Origin: Salinimicrobium sp.
GTDB lineage: Archaea; Thermoplasmatota; Poseidoniia; Poseidoniales; Poseidoniaceae
Length of the DNA stretch: 64,000 bases
Assembly (NCBI GenBank): GCA_964228865.1
Contig: CAXRAI010000071.1
Span: 2,418 to 66,417 of the forward strand
Direction: 5' to 3'
This document shows, piece by piece, positions 29,893 to 39,345 of this stretch (the stretch's first letter is position 1; every line of letters starts with the position of its first letter). The translations under genes and the position numbers were made by a program. The notes below the pieces were generated by a model. That model was not told where the DNA came from. It made no database searches and was given only the letters and a program-made list of their open reading frames with translations.

Positions 29893-31332
29893 ATGATGGT
29901 CCAACCACGGGTCATCGTTCTCATCGCCGTTCTCCTCTTGCCTTGTTTCCCTTTTTCATCAGGAGAAACCGCTCCATCGGATGATTTCACCTTCAGCCAC
30001 GACCATGGTGAGGTTCACGTTGAAGGTGTCTTTGAACTGTCAGGACACTCCAACCTTGCCCTCAATGACGTCGCATGGGAATTGATCGATGCCTCAACCG
30101 ATGTGACGTTGGCCAGCGGGGACTTCCTTGACAAGGTCACACCAAACACCGACGCAACGTGGTCCTGGTCGCACAACCTTACCGTACCGGAATCCGGTTG
30201 CTCATGCAGGTTTGTCGTGCATCATGGTGCCTCGGACGCGACGTCCTCTCAGCTGGTCCTTTACCTCGGGAGTGGCCTCGCTTGGGCGCCGGTTTGGCTG
30301 AACCAGCCCATGGGGGAGGTGATCCTCACAGACGTTGACAACGTCTCCTTGGAACTCCCACTTGTGTTCCCACCTGCTCGTGCGAACGGTTCCATGGTCG
30401 AGATGGAACGTTGTCCTGCGAGCAGCAACGGGGTATGCACATCGCCGTCATCCATGCTTACCGCTCCCCTTCTCCATGATGGAATGAGCACCAGCATGAC
30501 CTTCACGCCGGAGGATTGGGACCCCGAAGGGCACTGGGCCATCACGTCGATGGTCGTCGTTGACGCTGTGCTTGCACGTTCGACGTCCGTGGCTTGGCAT
30601 CTTCTTCATGACAACACACCACCCTTGGTGGCCATTGAATCCGTGCCGGTGGCCAACGAGTCCGAACGTGTTCTGGTGGTCGTCAACGCCACCGACGCCA
30701 CAAGTCAGCACGTGGTCCTTGTTGACCTTCGGGCCACCTCACCTTCGGGTGGGGTGATCCTGCTTGCCAACACGAGCGGGGCGGCTGAATTCATCTTCCA
30801 ACCGGATGCAGCCGGAGTTTGGAACCTCCAAGCCACCGTTCAAGATGGGGCTGGATTGACTCAGATGGCCCATCATGCGTTGACGGTAGACAACCTGGCA
30901 CCCGAAGCCAAAATCAGGCTCAACGGTGCGCTGGTGGAAAACGGGGATACGCTCCAAGTGAAACTCGGACAGCCGCTGCAGCTCGACGCGTCCACGTCGC
31001 AAGACACCGCAAGCGATCTTTTGTCGCTCAACCATGTCTGGTGGATCGGTGATGATCTTCGCCTCTCCGGTGTGAGTCTACTCACCGAGGAACGATTCCA
31101 AGACCCGGGCACGTTCGAGGTTCGTCTTGAGGTCGTCGACGACGATGGGGCCTTGGATGAGATTCAATTCATCCTCGAGGTCACCGAAGAAGGACCACCG
31201 CTCGCAGATGCGGTCGTCGTGGGTCCCTTGTTGGTGGTCGTCGTCGGTGTGGCGCTCGGCGTGCTGTTCTACGTCCGTCAACGTTCTGAGGCCGCTGATA
31301 TCCCAACCTGGCCGAGTGAGCAAGAACGTTGA
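29893..31332 (+). CDS. secreted PKD-domain protein with C-terminal TM anchor
   Basis: The signal-like N-terminus is VIVLIAVLLLPCFPFSSG. The PKD-like motif is WWIGDDLRLSG...GTFEVRLEVVDDDG. The C-terminal helix is VVGPLLVVVVGVALGVLFYV. The gene starts 12 nt after the TSP3 gene. Confidence 0.75.
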   Translation: MMVQPRVIVLIAVLLLPCFPFSSGETAPSDDFTFSHDHGEVHVEGVFELSGHSNLALNDVAWELIDASTDVTLASGDFLDKVTPNTDATWSWSHNLTVPESGCSCRFVVHHGASDATSSQLVLYLGSGLAWAPVWLNQPMGEVILTDVDNVSLELPLVFPPARANGSMVEMERCPASSNGVCTSPSSMLTAPLLHDGMSTSMTFTPEDWDPEGHWAITSMVVVDAVLARSTSVAWHLLHDNTPPLVAIESVPVANESERVLVVVNATDATSQHVVLVDLRATSPSGGVILLANTSGAAEFIFQPDAAGVWNLQATVQDGAGLTQMAHHALTVDNLAPEAKIRLNGALVENGDTLQVKLGQPLQLDASTSQDTASDLLSLNHVWWIGDDLRLSGVSLLTEERFQDPGTFEVRLEVVDDDGALDEIQFILEVTEEGPPLADAVVVGPLLVVVVGVALGVLFYVRQRSEAADIPTWPSEQER

Positions 31333-31355
31333 ACTGACGTGCAACGCTTGATAGC

Positions 31356-32741
31356 ATGTCGACCCCTGCTCGGTTCATGTTTGATGGGGTCTTCCAAGAC
31401 CTGCCCCCCGCCCCGGCACCGTTCTCGACCGGTGAAGTCCGAGCACGTCAGGCACGACTGACCTCCGGGTTGTCGATGGACACCCTGATTTTGCTTCCTG
31501 CACCGCACGAGGCAACCCGTTCGAACGACGTCCACTACCGTTACAGGTCTTCGTCTGACCTGATGTACTTGACCGATTGGGCAGAACCAGAATCCATGGG
31601 CTACGCCTTCCATGACGGTGATGGTTGGGTCTGGGGCCTTTGCGTTCAACCCAAAGACACCCTGAAGGAAATCTGGGAGGGGCGCCGACTTGGTGCTGAG
31701 GGTGTGCTTGCGTTGGGCATGGTGGACCGTACGCACAGCATTCACGACCGCGATGAGGTGGTCCGCAATTTGCTCGGAAAAGCAAGCCGTGTCCTCCTGC
31801 GGCAAAACGTCGACCCCTCCTTGGATGAATTGGTCCGCATCGCGATGACGGAGCGTTCTCGCCCTCGGCAACAGTTTGGGACCGGGCCGGTGTCCATCGA
31901 GGATCCGAGTGCGCGAATCGCTGAGCTTCGCTTGAGGAAATCGAGCGAAGAAATCGCGATGATGCGTCACGCAGCAGACATCTCTGCCCGGTCGCATGTG
32001 GCGGCCATGAAGCTCCCTTCGAAAGACCTCAACGAACGGCATCTGCAGGCTGTCATCGAGGGCGGATTTGTCTTCGGAGGTGGCGATGGATGGGCCTATC
32101 CGTCGATCGTTGGATGCGGCGTGAACGCCACAATCCTCCACTACACGGTCAACGATTCGGCATGTGAACAAGGGGATGTTGTGCTCATTGATGCAGGGAC
32201 CGAGTACAAGGGCTACGCATCGGACATCACCCGCTCGTGGCCGATTGGCGGTCGTTTTTCAGAGGCTCAACGGGAACTCTACACCATCGTTCTTGATGCC
32301 CAAAAAGCCGCCATCGATGCGTGCCGCGTCGGAGAGCCGTACAACGCCCCCCATGACGCCGCCCGTCGGGTGCTTGCCGAAGGCCTGATCGCGCTTGGCG
32401 TCATTGACCAAACCTTGGAAGAGGCCTTGGACATGGAGACCGGTGAACTTCGGTGGTGGTACATGCACAACACCGGTCATTGGCTTGGCCTGGACGTTCA
32501 CGATGTTGGCGTGTATCGACCCAACGGAGAACCTCGCTTGCTTGAGCCTGGCATGGTGCTCACCGTTGAGCCCGGTTTGTATTTCGGTGCATGGCGACCA
32601 GACGTGACCTGTCCTCCCAAATATGCTGACATTGGCATCCGTATCGAAGACGATGTGTTGGTGACCGATGACGGTCCCGTGGTGCTCTCAGACGCATGTC
32701 CAAAGGAGATGGACGACCTCGAGGCCATCGTCGGAGCGTGA
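31356..32741 (+). CDS. pepP: Xaa-Pro aminopeptidase (M24B)
   Basis: The AMP_N-type N-domain is marked by YRYRSSSDLMYLTDW. Pita-bread metal-ligand contexts are IDAGTEYKGYASDITR, HNTGHWLGLDVHD, LTVEPG and IRIEDD. Confidence 0.9.
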   Translation: MSTPARFMFDGVFQDLPPAPAPFSTGEVRARQARLTSGLSMDTLILLPAPHEATRSNDVHYRYRSSSDLMYLTDWAEPESMGYAFHDGDGWVWGLCVQPKDTLKEIWEGRRLGAEGVLALGMVDRTHSIHDRDEVVRNLLGKASRVLLRQNVDPSLDELVRIAMTERSRPRQQFGTGPVSIEDPSARIAELRLRKSSEEIAMMRHAADISARSHVAAMKLPSKDLNERHLQAVIEGGFVFGGGDGWAYPSIVGCGVNATILHYTVNDSACEQGDVVLIDAGTEYKGYASDITRSWPIGGRFSEAQRELYTIVLDAQKAAIDACRVGEPYNAPHDAARRVLAEGLIALGVIDQTLEEALDMETGELRWWYMHNTGHWLGLDVHDVGVYRPNGEPRLLEPGMVLTVEPGLYFGAWRPDVTCPPKYADIGIRIEDDVLVTDDGPVVLSDACPKEMDDLEAIVGA

Positions 32742-32745
32742 GCGT

Positions 32746-33921
32746 GTGTGGGCGTCCATCCTTGAGCAGCAGGCCCAGTGGACACCAGACGATCCAACCG
32801 GGGTGCGTTTGTCTGCAGAAGATGCCGTGGTGCTTTACGAAACAGCGCCCCTTCACGCGCTGATGAGTGCTGCTTTGCACCGCCGTCAATTGCAGGTGCC
32901 CGGAAGTGAGGTCACGTACCTCATCGATCGGAACGTGAACTACACGAACGCCTGCACCATCAACTGCCAGTTCTGCTCGTTTTACCGACCCGTCGGTCAC
33001 GAGGAGGTGTACACCCAAACCATCGATGAGATCTCCAACCGTTTCTCGGAGTTGGAGGCCATTGGCGGCGTCCGAGTTTTGATGCAAGGAGGTGTCAACC
33101 CAGACCTCCCCTTCTCATGGTACACCGACGTCCTCCAAGAACTCCGTGTACGCCACCCCTCCATCGACTTGGACTGTTTCAGTCCAATCGAAATTCAAGG
33201 CATGTCGGAGATCACGGGTATGGAGACCATCGATGTCCTTCGCGCGCTGAAGGATGCCGGCATGCACGGTTTGCCAGGCGGAGGTGCCGAAATGCTCGTC
33301 GAGGGGGTGCGTCGGGACGTTTCCCCGAAAAAAGGCGGCCCTGAGCAATGGATTCGCATCATGCGGGAAGCACAATCCCTCGATCTCGTGACCAGCGCCA
33401 CGAACGTGTTCGGTTTTGGCGAGGGTGCAGAAGAACGCGTCGAACACCTCGTCCGCGTTCGTGGCATGCAGGACGAGGCCATGGCACGTGGTGAACGTCC
33501 CTTTACTTCCTTCATCGCGTGGCCTGTGCAATTGGAAACCAATTCATTCGGTCGACGTAACCGGGGTCAAAATCGAGTTGAACTCGGCGCTGGCCCTTCC
33601 GAGTACCTCCGGCACGTTGCGATTGCGCGCCTCATGCTCGACGTGGTCGACCACATCCAAGCCTCTTGGCCAACGATGGGTGTCGACGTGGCTCAAATGG
33701 CACTCCTTGGCGGGGCTGACGACATCGGTTCCACGATGATGGAGGAAAACGTTGTTTCTGCGTCCGGGACTTCGAAGATTTCCGCCAGTGAACGTGAACT
33801 TCAACGCCTGATCCGACGCGCAGGCCTGACGCCGCGCCGCCGCAACAGCCGCTACGAATTGCTCGAAACCCCAAGCGAGGGCGATGAACAGCTCGCTGCT
33901 CCAGTTCCCCTCTTGGCCTAG
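32746..33921 (+). CDS. radical SAM enzyme of the MqnC/MqnE/CofH family (futalosine-pathway menaquinone synthesis likely)
   Basis: NYTNACTINCQFCSFYR carries the CxxxCxxC cluster motif in the context typical of this family. GTG 32746 lies just after the pepP stop, whereas the ORF-track start at 32668 lies inside pepP. Confidence 0.78.
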   Translation: MWASILEQQAQWTPDDPTGVRLSAEDAVVLYETAPLHALMSAALHRRQLQVPGSEVTYLIDRNVNYTNACTINCQFCSFYRPVGHEEVYTQTIDEISNRFSELEAIGGVRVLMQGGVNPDLPFSWYTDVLQELRVRHPSIDLDCFSPIEIQGMSEITGMETIDVLRALKDAGMHGLPGGGAEMLVEGVRRDVSPKKGGPEQWIRIMREAQSLDLVTSATNVFGFGEGAEERVEHLVRVRGMQDEAMARGERPFTSFIAWPVQLETNSFGRRNRGQNRVELGAGPSEYLRHVAIARLMLDVVDHIQASWPTMGVDVAQMALLGGADDIGSTMMEENVVSASGTSKISASERELQRLIRRAGLTPRRRNSRYELLETPSEGDEQLAAPVPLLA

Positions 33922-36900
33922 GTTCGACTTGGCAGCGGTACGTCGTACACCACCCAAATCTCCGCGTGGATGTTGCGACCTCCGGACTCCGTTTCACCCG
34001 TGGGCTGGTACTCCGCCCCGTTGAACAAACCACGGTAGCTCAGGGTTTCCGTCGCCCCTGGCGTGACCCAGTCGGTGATGTCGTAGGTCCATTGCTTCAC
34101 GTCCTGACCTGCACACCATCCCGCTCGCCCGAAAGGCCACGAACCAAACTGATTGGCCACCACACCCCGCCGCACTTCTTGTTCACATCCAGTGTTGCTG
34201 TACACGATCGGATGCCATTCGTAGGCCGTGTTGCTGCCAATGGAGAAGTGGTGTTCATGGTCGCAGAACTCCGCACAGTTTGCGTCGTCCTTTTGGAAAC
34301 CATGTCCTGTGATGGTGGCGACGATTCGAACGCGTGATGCGTCGGTGGGAATGTTGAGCGTGTGCTCGCGGTCGTAAAGTGCGGGATCGTTGTAACTCCC
34401 GTTGAACTGACCACCGGTGAAGGCGAAGGTCGCTGAGGACGGTCGGTGATCAACGGTGCTTTCACCCCACCTCGAAAAGAGGAGGGTGATGGTCAAACTC
34501 CCCCCGTTCGCTCCCCGATAGGTGAAGCGTCGATCCTCACCATCGTCGAGCATGAAGAGGTAAGGTGACAGGTCCGTCAACCAACGCCCTTCACGTCCGT
34601 AGGTGGTGATCCACCGTGCGAACTCTGTACCACATTTTGAGGAATTGTCACGGTTGCAGATGCGCAGGTTCGCTTCATAGTCCCATTCATGGCAGCCCGC
34701 ATATCCACCGGACGAGGTCTGGTAGCGATCCCGTCGTTCGGAACATGCGTGCTCGTGGAACATTTCCAACGTATCGTAGGTCTCCAAATCATGGACCAAA
34801 TCGAACGTTGCGTTCATGGCGGTGGTGAAACCACCACCCCAGCCACCTTGATGCTGGTCCTGGAACATGAGGTCCACGGCCTCTACCGCCGGGTCGTTCC
34901 TCCTGATTTCGACCGGGTGTTCGGCATGCCACATCCACGCTTCATGGGACATGTGTTGTGGGTCATACGTCGTGCTGGAGGTCCCCCACGTGTAGGTTGA
35001 ACCGGTTTGACGGAGCCGTTGGAAACGGTCGATGCCAAAGGTGGTCGGCTCACCAAGCGCAGACAGGGCTTCACCAAGGTCACCGGTCGCACCGCTCAAG
35101 TCGAGGTCGAGGTAGTGGATCCTTCCCTCCCATTTTTCTTCCTCATCAGAATTGAGGCGTTGTTCAACGTCGGATTTTCGGTCGGTCACTTGCGACCTGT
35201 ACGCACTGTCGTAGGACCCGTACACCAGATGCGTGTCCTCAGGGAGGTTTCGAGTCAATGTTCCTGGATTCATGGTGAAGGTGGACGAACTGGAGCTGCT
35301 GCCGCTGGTCTTCATCAACAGGAAGAGGTAGGTGCTGTTTCCGTCCCAGAGGTCGGAAAACGTGAGGGTTCCAGAAAGCGTGGGAACCGTGAAATCACCA
35401 ACGGTCTGGAAGGGTCCGCTCACAACAGGCGCACCTTGTGTGCTGGTCCATGGAACGGGCAATTGGACCACCGCACAACCGCGTTCGTCAATCGTCCATC
35501 GTGAGGGGCTGTCCGGGCACTCGTCGTTTTGGAGGTGGACGCCATCCCCATCCACGTCTTCGCATCCGTCAGCATCGACTTGGGCAGCAGGAGGTGTACT
35601 CGGGCAAAGGTCAACCGCATCCACCACCCCGTCGCCATCGGTGTCACGCTGATCTGCAGCACAACCGAATTCATCCACCGGAGCTCCAAGCGTTGATTGC
35701 GGGCACACGTCGAGCATGGTTCCGTTCAAATCGGTGTCGTGAACACCGTCGTTGTCATCGTCGTCGTCCTCGGTAGCATCCAGGCAACCGTCCCGGTCCC
35801 AATCCGTAGAATTGTCTTGGAACCAAGCGGACTCGCCCTTGGGGCATGCATCGTCAACGTCGAGCACGTTGTCGTCGTCATCGTCCAAATCCTCACCGTC
35901 ATCCCTGCAACCGTCCAAATCCCAATCCATAGCCCGAAGGCTCGTCCAACCGGTCTCTCCTTGCGGGCAGGCGTCCTCCACGTCACGCCGGCTGTCGTTG
36001 TCGTCATCGTCGTCCTCACTCGCATCACGGCATCCGTCCATGTCGTGGTCTTCGAGTGAGGTCGATGTCCACCCTGATTCTGAGAGGCATCCGTCCACAC
36101 CGTCCTCGAGTCCATCGTCGTCGTCGTCGTTGTCCTCGTCACGGTCCCTGCATCCGTCGCCGTCATGGTCGGTCGTGGTCTTGCTTGTCCAGCCTTGAGC
36201 ATCACCGACTCCGTCGGGACATCGGTCCACATCATCATGCACACCGTCACCGTCTGCGTCCACCACGACTTCACTCAAGATCAGACGGACGCTTCGCTCA
36301 TCGGTCGCGGTATCAACAGGACCAACACAGATGGCGGTGATGACGACGACGGGGGGCATGCCTTGCTCGACTTTGCTCACCGAGAACGTGCGGTCATCGG
36401 CAAGTGGGATGTCTTCGATGGCCTGGTCGGATCCAAGGTCCATGGTGACGCTGCATGTGGTCGCGTCAAGGTCATGGTCGGGCCGGTCACGCAACGATGC
36501 AACACGTCCTTCGAAAGCCACCAATCCTTCGTCCGCATTGACCGCGACGGGAACCACAAGTCGAACGCCAGCCTGGCCGACGGCCACGGTGGCGTCAAGG
36601 CTCAATGGTCCCGATTCAAAGGTCACGCCTTCTGTGGGAAACAGATCGACGCTGAGGGTCACTGCTCCCGTCGATGGAGCCATGATGGCGATGACGAGAT
36701 GTTCCCCTCGTGAGACCGCCACGTCGCTCTCCACGCTCGGTGCTGCTCCTTCGACCGAGGTTCGCACATCGCCAACTGCGATGCGTTCAAGATCTTGTGA
36801 TGGAATCCCTTGCACCTCAAAGATCAACAGGTCACCAGCCACTGGATTCCGGATCGATTCGGACAGAACAAGTCGCCAAGAGGTGGTGGGGAGAACAGGG

Positions 36901-37007
36901 GTTTCCGTGTCCTCTGGCAATGGTTCAACGACGTCTTCTCCCATCCCGAGGCAGCCGGCCATGAGCATGGTCAGAACCAAGGCAACAGCGGTCAGCGGTC
37001 GTCGCAT
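33918..37007 (-). CDS. lipoprotein with Cys-containing acidic TSP3-like repeats and a C-terminal PNGase F-like (peptide-N-glycosidase F) domain
   Basis: The lipobox-type signal is MRRPLTAVALVLTMLMAGC (ATG 37007). The C-terminal roughly 330 aa align by eye with PNGase F: CHEWDYEANL versus CDEWDRYANV, FARWITTYG versus GRFITPYW, ITGHGF...CAEFC versus ISGWGH...CAEWC, and RAGWCAG versus RAGWCPG. Confidence 0.78.
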   Translation of the reverse strand: MRRPLTAVALVLTMLMAGCLGMGEDVVEPLPEDTETPVLPTTSWRLVLSESIRNPVAGDLLIFEVQGIPSQDLERIAVGDVRTSVEGAAPSVESDVAVSRGEHLVIAIMAPSTGAVTLSVDLFPTEGVTFESGPLSLDATVAVGQAGVRLVVPVAVNADEGLVAFEGRVASLRDRPDHDLDATTCSVTMDLGSDQAIEDIPLADDRTFSVSKVEQGMPPVVVITAICVGPVDTATDERSVRLILSEVVVDADGDGVHDDVDRCPDGVGDAQGWTSKTTTDHDGDGCRDRDEDNDDDDDGLEDGVDGCLSESGWTSTSLEDHDMDGCRDASEDDDDDNDSRRDVEDACPQGETGWTSLRAMDWDLDGCRDDGEDLDDDDDNVLDVDDACPKGESAWFQDNSTDWDRDGCLDATEDDDDDNDGVHDTDLNGTMLDVCPQSTLGAPVDEFGCAADQRDTDGDGVVDAVDLCPSTPPAAQVDADGCEDVDGDGVHLQNDECPDSPSRWTIDERGCAVVQLPVPWTSTQGAPVVSGPFQTVGDFTVPTLSGTLTFSDLWDGNSTYLFLLMKTSGSSSSSSTFTMNPGTLTRNLPEDTHLVYGSYDSAYRSQVTDRKSDVEQRLNSDEEEKWEGRIHYLDLDLSGATGDLGEALSALGEPTTFGIDRFQRLRQTGSTYTWGTSSTTYDPQHMSHEAWMWHAEHPVEIRRNDPAVEAVDLMFQDQHQGGWGGGFTTAMNATFDLVHDLETYDTLEMFHEHACSERRDRYQTSSGGYAGCHEWDYEANLRICNRDNSSKCGTEFARWITTYGREGRWLTDLSPYLFMLDDGEDRRFTYRGANGGSLTITLLFSRWGESTVDHRPSSATFAFTGGQFNGSYNDPALYDREHTLNIPTDASRVRIVATITGHGFQKDDANCAEFCDHEHHFSIGSNTAYEWHPIVYSNTGCEQEVRRGVVANQFGSWPFGRAGWCAGQDVKQWTYDITDWVTPGATETLSYRGLFNGAEYQPTGETESGGRNIHAEIWVVYDVPLPSRT
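35510..36260 (-). repeat. coding tandem repeats: four ~120-nt (40-aa) units plus degenerate flanking copies
   Basis: The protein units follow GWTS...DxDxDGCRDxxEDDDDDND...DxCP. On the + strand, GTC/ATC-rich poly-Asp tracts recur near 35755, 35875, 36000 and 36120. Confidence 0.75.
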
Positions 37008-37032
37008 GCTCCGCCATGCATAGGACGGGACC

Positions 37033-38091
37033 TCAACGTGTCGGTGCCGGTTCGGCGTGTTCAGCACGTCCATCGGTCAACTCGACGTTCAAGTGCGGAA
37101 TGGTTGTCTTTGGCCATCTGGCGAAAACAGGTGTCACGTGGAGCAGGCGCCCATGGACCGGATGATCGCAGGCCACCACCACCTCCCAGTGGATGCGGAC
37201 CAAGGCATCGTACATGGTGCCAGGCCAAGGCCCTTCAGGAGCTTCCACCGTGACTTCCTTGTTGATGATTTCACACCAAGGTCCACGTGCTGCCAAGCGC
37301 ATGGGTCGAAGGTACACGTCGCCTGGCCAGTCATGCCGTCCCATGGGTGAGTCTTCTCCCAGTCCAGTCCCGTCACCGAGTGCTGGCTCCATTCCGGCCA
37401 GTGCAGTGGTCATGCCAGGGGGCGGTTGTCCGTGTGGGTCTCTGTTGAGCGTTTGCAGGATGTGGTGTCGGCGTGGGGAAAGGACACCACACTGGAGGCT
37501 TGCGAACACGGCATGTTGTGCTGCGACTCCATCGATCTGAAGGGTCGTCGGGCCATCGCTGGTCACGTGGTCAACGTTCACCACGAGGTTCAATTCGTCG
37601 TCAGCGATGATGTTCGTTTGCCTACGAAGGTCACCCACGTTCACGGCCAACCGCAACACGAGTGGCGTCAAAATAAGCGGGACCACGATCAAACCCAACA
37701 AGGGGTAATCCAGCAAGCCCAGTCGGACGCTGTCGGTTCCAAAGGTGGGAATGTTGAGCGCATCGAATCCCGGTGCGAGGGCAAGGTACAGCAACGTCAG
37801 CAGCATCATCGCGGCGACCCCGTCGACCATCCTGCGCAAACGGCGGTGAAGCGGTCGAGGTTCAAGGAACCAACCGGTGCGTTGAGCCTTCACGGCACTT
37901 GGAAAAGGACGAGATTCCAAGGCACCCGCATCAGCGTTGGGAAGGCCTCGCCGCTCGACAAACCACCCTTCAGCGGTCTCAATCCTGAAATTGGCTCCAA
38001 ACGTACGGTCGATGATTCCGGTCACGGGCTCTAATTCCGATGGATTGAGCCTTCTCGGGTCAAACGGTGGATGACGGTACACTTCCTCCAT
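37033..38091 (-). CDS. membrane protein, unknown function (352 aa)
   Basis: Two or three central hydrophobic helices (AAMMLLTLLYLALAPGF, LLGLIVVPLILTPLVL) are flanked by soluble domains. The gene sits between the GGR-family gene and the PNGase F-like gene on the same strand with short gaps. Confidence 0.5.
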   Translation of the reverse strand: MEEVYRHPPFDPRRLNPSELEPVTGIIDRTFGANFRIETAEGWFVERRGLPNADAGALESRPFPSAVKAQRTGWFLEPRPLHRRLRRMVDGVAAMMLLTLLYLALAPGFDALNIPTFGTDSVRLGLLDYPLLGLIVVPLILTPLVLRLAVNVGDLRRQTNIIADDELNLVVNVDHVTSDGPTTLQIDGVAAQHAVFASLQCGVLSPRRHHILQTLNRDPHGQPPPGMTTALAGMEPALGDGTGLGEDSPMGRHDWPGDVYLRPMRLAARGPWCEIINKEVTVEAPEGPWPGTMYDALVRIHWEVVVACDHPVHGRLLHVTPVFARWPKTTIPHLNVELTDGRAEHAEPAPTR

Positions 38092-38100
38092 GCCTTCACC

Positions 38101-39333
38101 TCATGCGGTCAACATCGCCCAGCCTGCTTTCAGGGCCAGTGGCCTGAAGGAGGGTACCTTCCTCAACATTTCAATTCCAAGCGGAACCGGATGCTCAATG
38201 TCCCCGAGGCGATTGATCATGGCCGTCACCTCGGGTTTGGCAAACACCGAGACGTGGCGCTCCAAGGTGTCGTCATCGCTTTCTGTCAAAAACAGGTTTC
38301 GGAGGGCCCTTGCCCGTGTCTGGTGACGCCTCAATTCGTCCCAAGGACGGGCAATTTTCTTGAGATGATCCTCAGAGAGTTTGTCGGCATGGATGGCTTG
38401 AGCCAAGGTGTCAGCCACCATGCTGACCTGCTTGAACCCAGGGCCAATGCCTCCGCCGGTCGTGGGTTTGGCCAAACCAGCAGCATCCCCGAAGAGCATG
38501 GCGCGTTCACGTACGGGCCGACGAACCATGCCCCCGGGAATTGGGCCACAATACCTGGCCACAATTTGGCAATTGGCGAACCGCTTGGCATGGCGGGAGG
38601 TGTGCATCAGGGCATGAAGCAAGGATTCGGGGGACGATTCATCGAGTCGTTCAGGTGAAGACCACAAGCCAATTCGATGCGTTCCAAATCCTGTTGGGAT
38701 GGCCCAAGCGAAGAATCCGGGTGCGATGGATTCGCCTGTGAACATCTCAAGCCAACGGTCCTCGGTCTCGAAACCGGTGACTTCGACCTGGTTACCAATC
38801 ATGATCTCCTTCGGTCTTCCGCTTCGCAACCAATGGCGAACACGGCTGTGGGCGCCATCGGCTCCAACGACCAATCGACAGGTGGTGGTGCCGGCAACAG
38901 AACCTTGTTGATGGTGAACACGCCATCCTTCCCCATCGATGGAAAGGAGACCTGTGGCCGTGGTTGAGAGGCGAAGTTTTGCTCCAGCCCGAATTGCTTG
39001 CTCGACGACGCCCTCGTCGAAGCGGTTTCTGCACACCGCGCTGGTGCGCGTTTCACCTGGCACCCCAACCGACACGGAGGCGTGGTGTGGGCCGTGGATC
39101 GTCGCTCCATCAATCTCCTGAAGGACGGTGTGCTCAAGGCCGACTTCGGCCATCGACCATGGGTTGACCAGACCAGCGCATTGGAAGGGCCTTCCAATGG
39201 AGGCATGCTCTTCGAGCATCAGGACATCGACGCCACGTTCAGCAAGAACCGTGGCCAAGCGAGCGCCAACCGGACCCGCTCCGACCACGATGACGTCGTG
39301 GTCCATGAACAGAAACCGGGGGGTGGACCCCAT
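38101..39333 (-). CDS. geranylgeranyl reductase family FAD-dependent oxidoreductase (archaeal lipid saturation)
   Basis: The FAD-binding segment is DVIVVGAGPVGARLATVLAERGVDVLMLEE. The family motif is LFGDAAGLAKPTTGGGI. Confidence 0.88.
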   Translation of the reverse strand: MGSTPRFLFMDHDVIVVGAGPVGARLATVLAERGVDVLMLEEHASIGRPFQCAGLVNPWSMAEVGLEHTVLQEIDGATIHGPHHASVSVGVPGETRTSAVCRNRFDEGVVEQAIRAGAKLRLSTTATGLLSIDGEGWRVHHQQGSVAGTTTCRLVVGADGAHSRVRHWLRSGRPKEIMIGNQVEVTGFETEDRWLEMFTGESIAPGFFAWAIPTGFGTHRIGLWSSPERLDESSPESLLHALMHTSRHAKRFANCQIVARYCGPIPGGMVRRPVRERAMLFGDAAGLAKPTTGGGIGPGFKQVSMVADTLAQAIHADKLSEDHLKKIARPWDELRRHQTRARALRNLFLTESDDDTLERHVSVFAKPEVTAMINRLGDIEHPVPLGIEMLRKVPSFRPLALKAGWAMLTA

Positions 39334-39345
39334 GAAGCATGCGCT

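Noticed and set aside
29878-29895. The TSP3 gene and the PKD gene are in the same frame, separated only by TGA plus four codons (possible readthrough fusion)
   Set aside because: The downstream ORF has its own ATG and a signal-peptide-like N-terminus. Sharing a frame is a 1-in-3 coincidence, and I saw no recoding signal.
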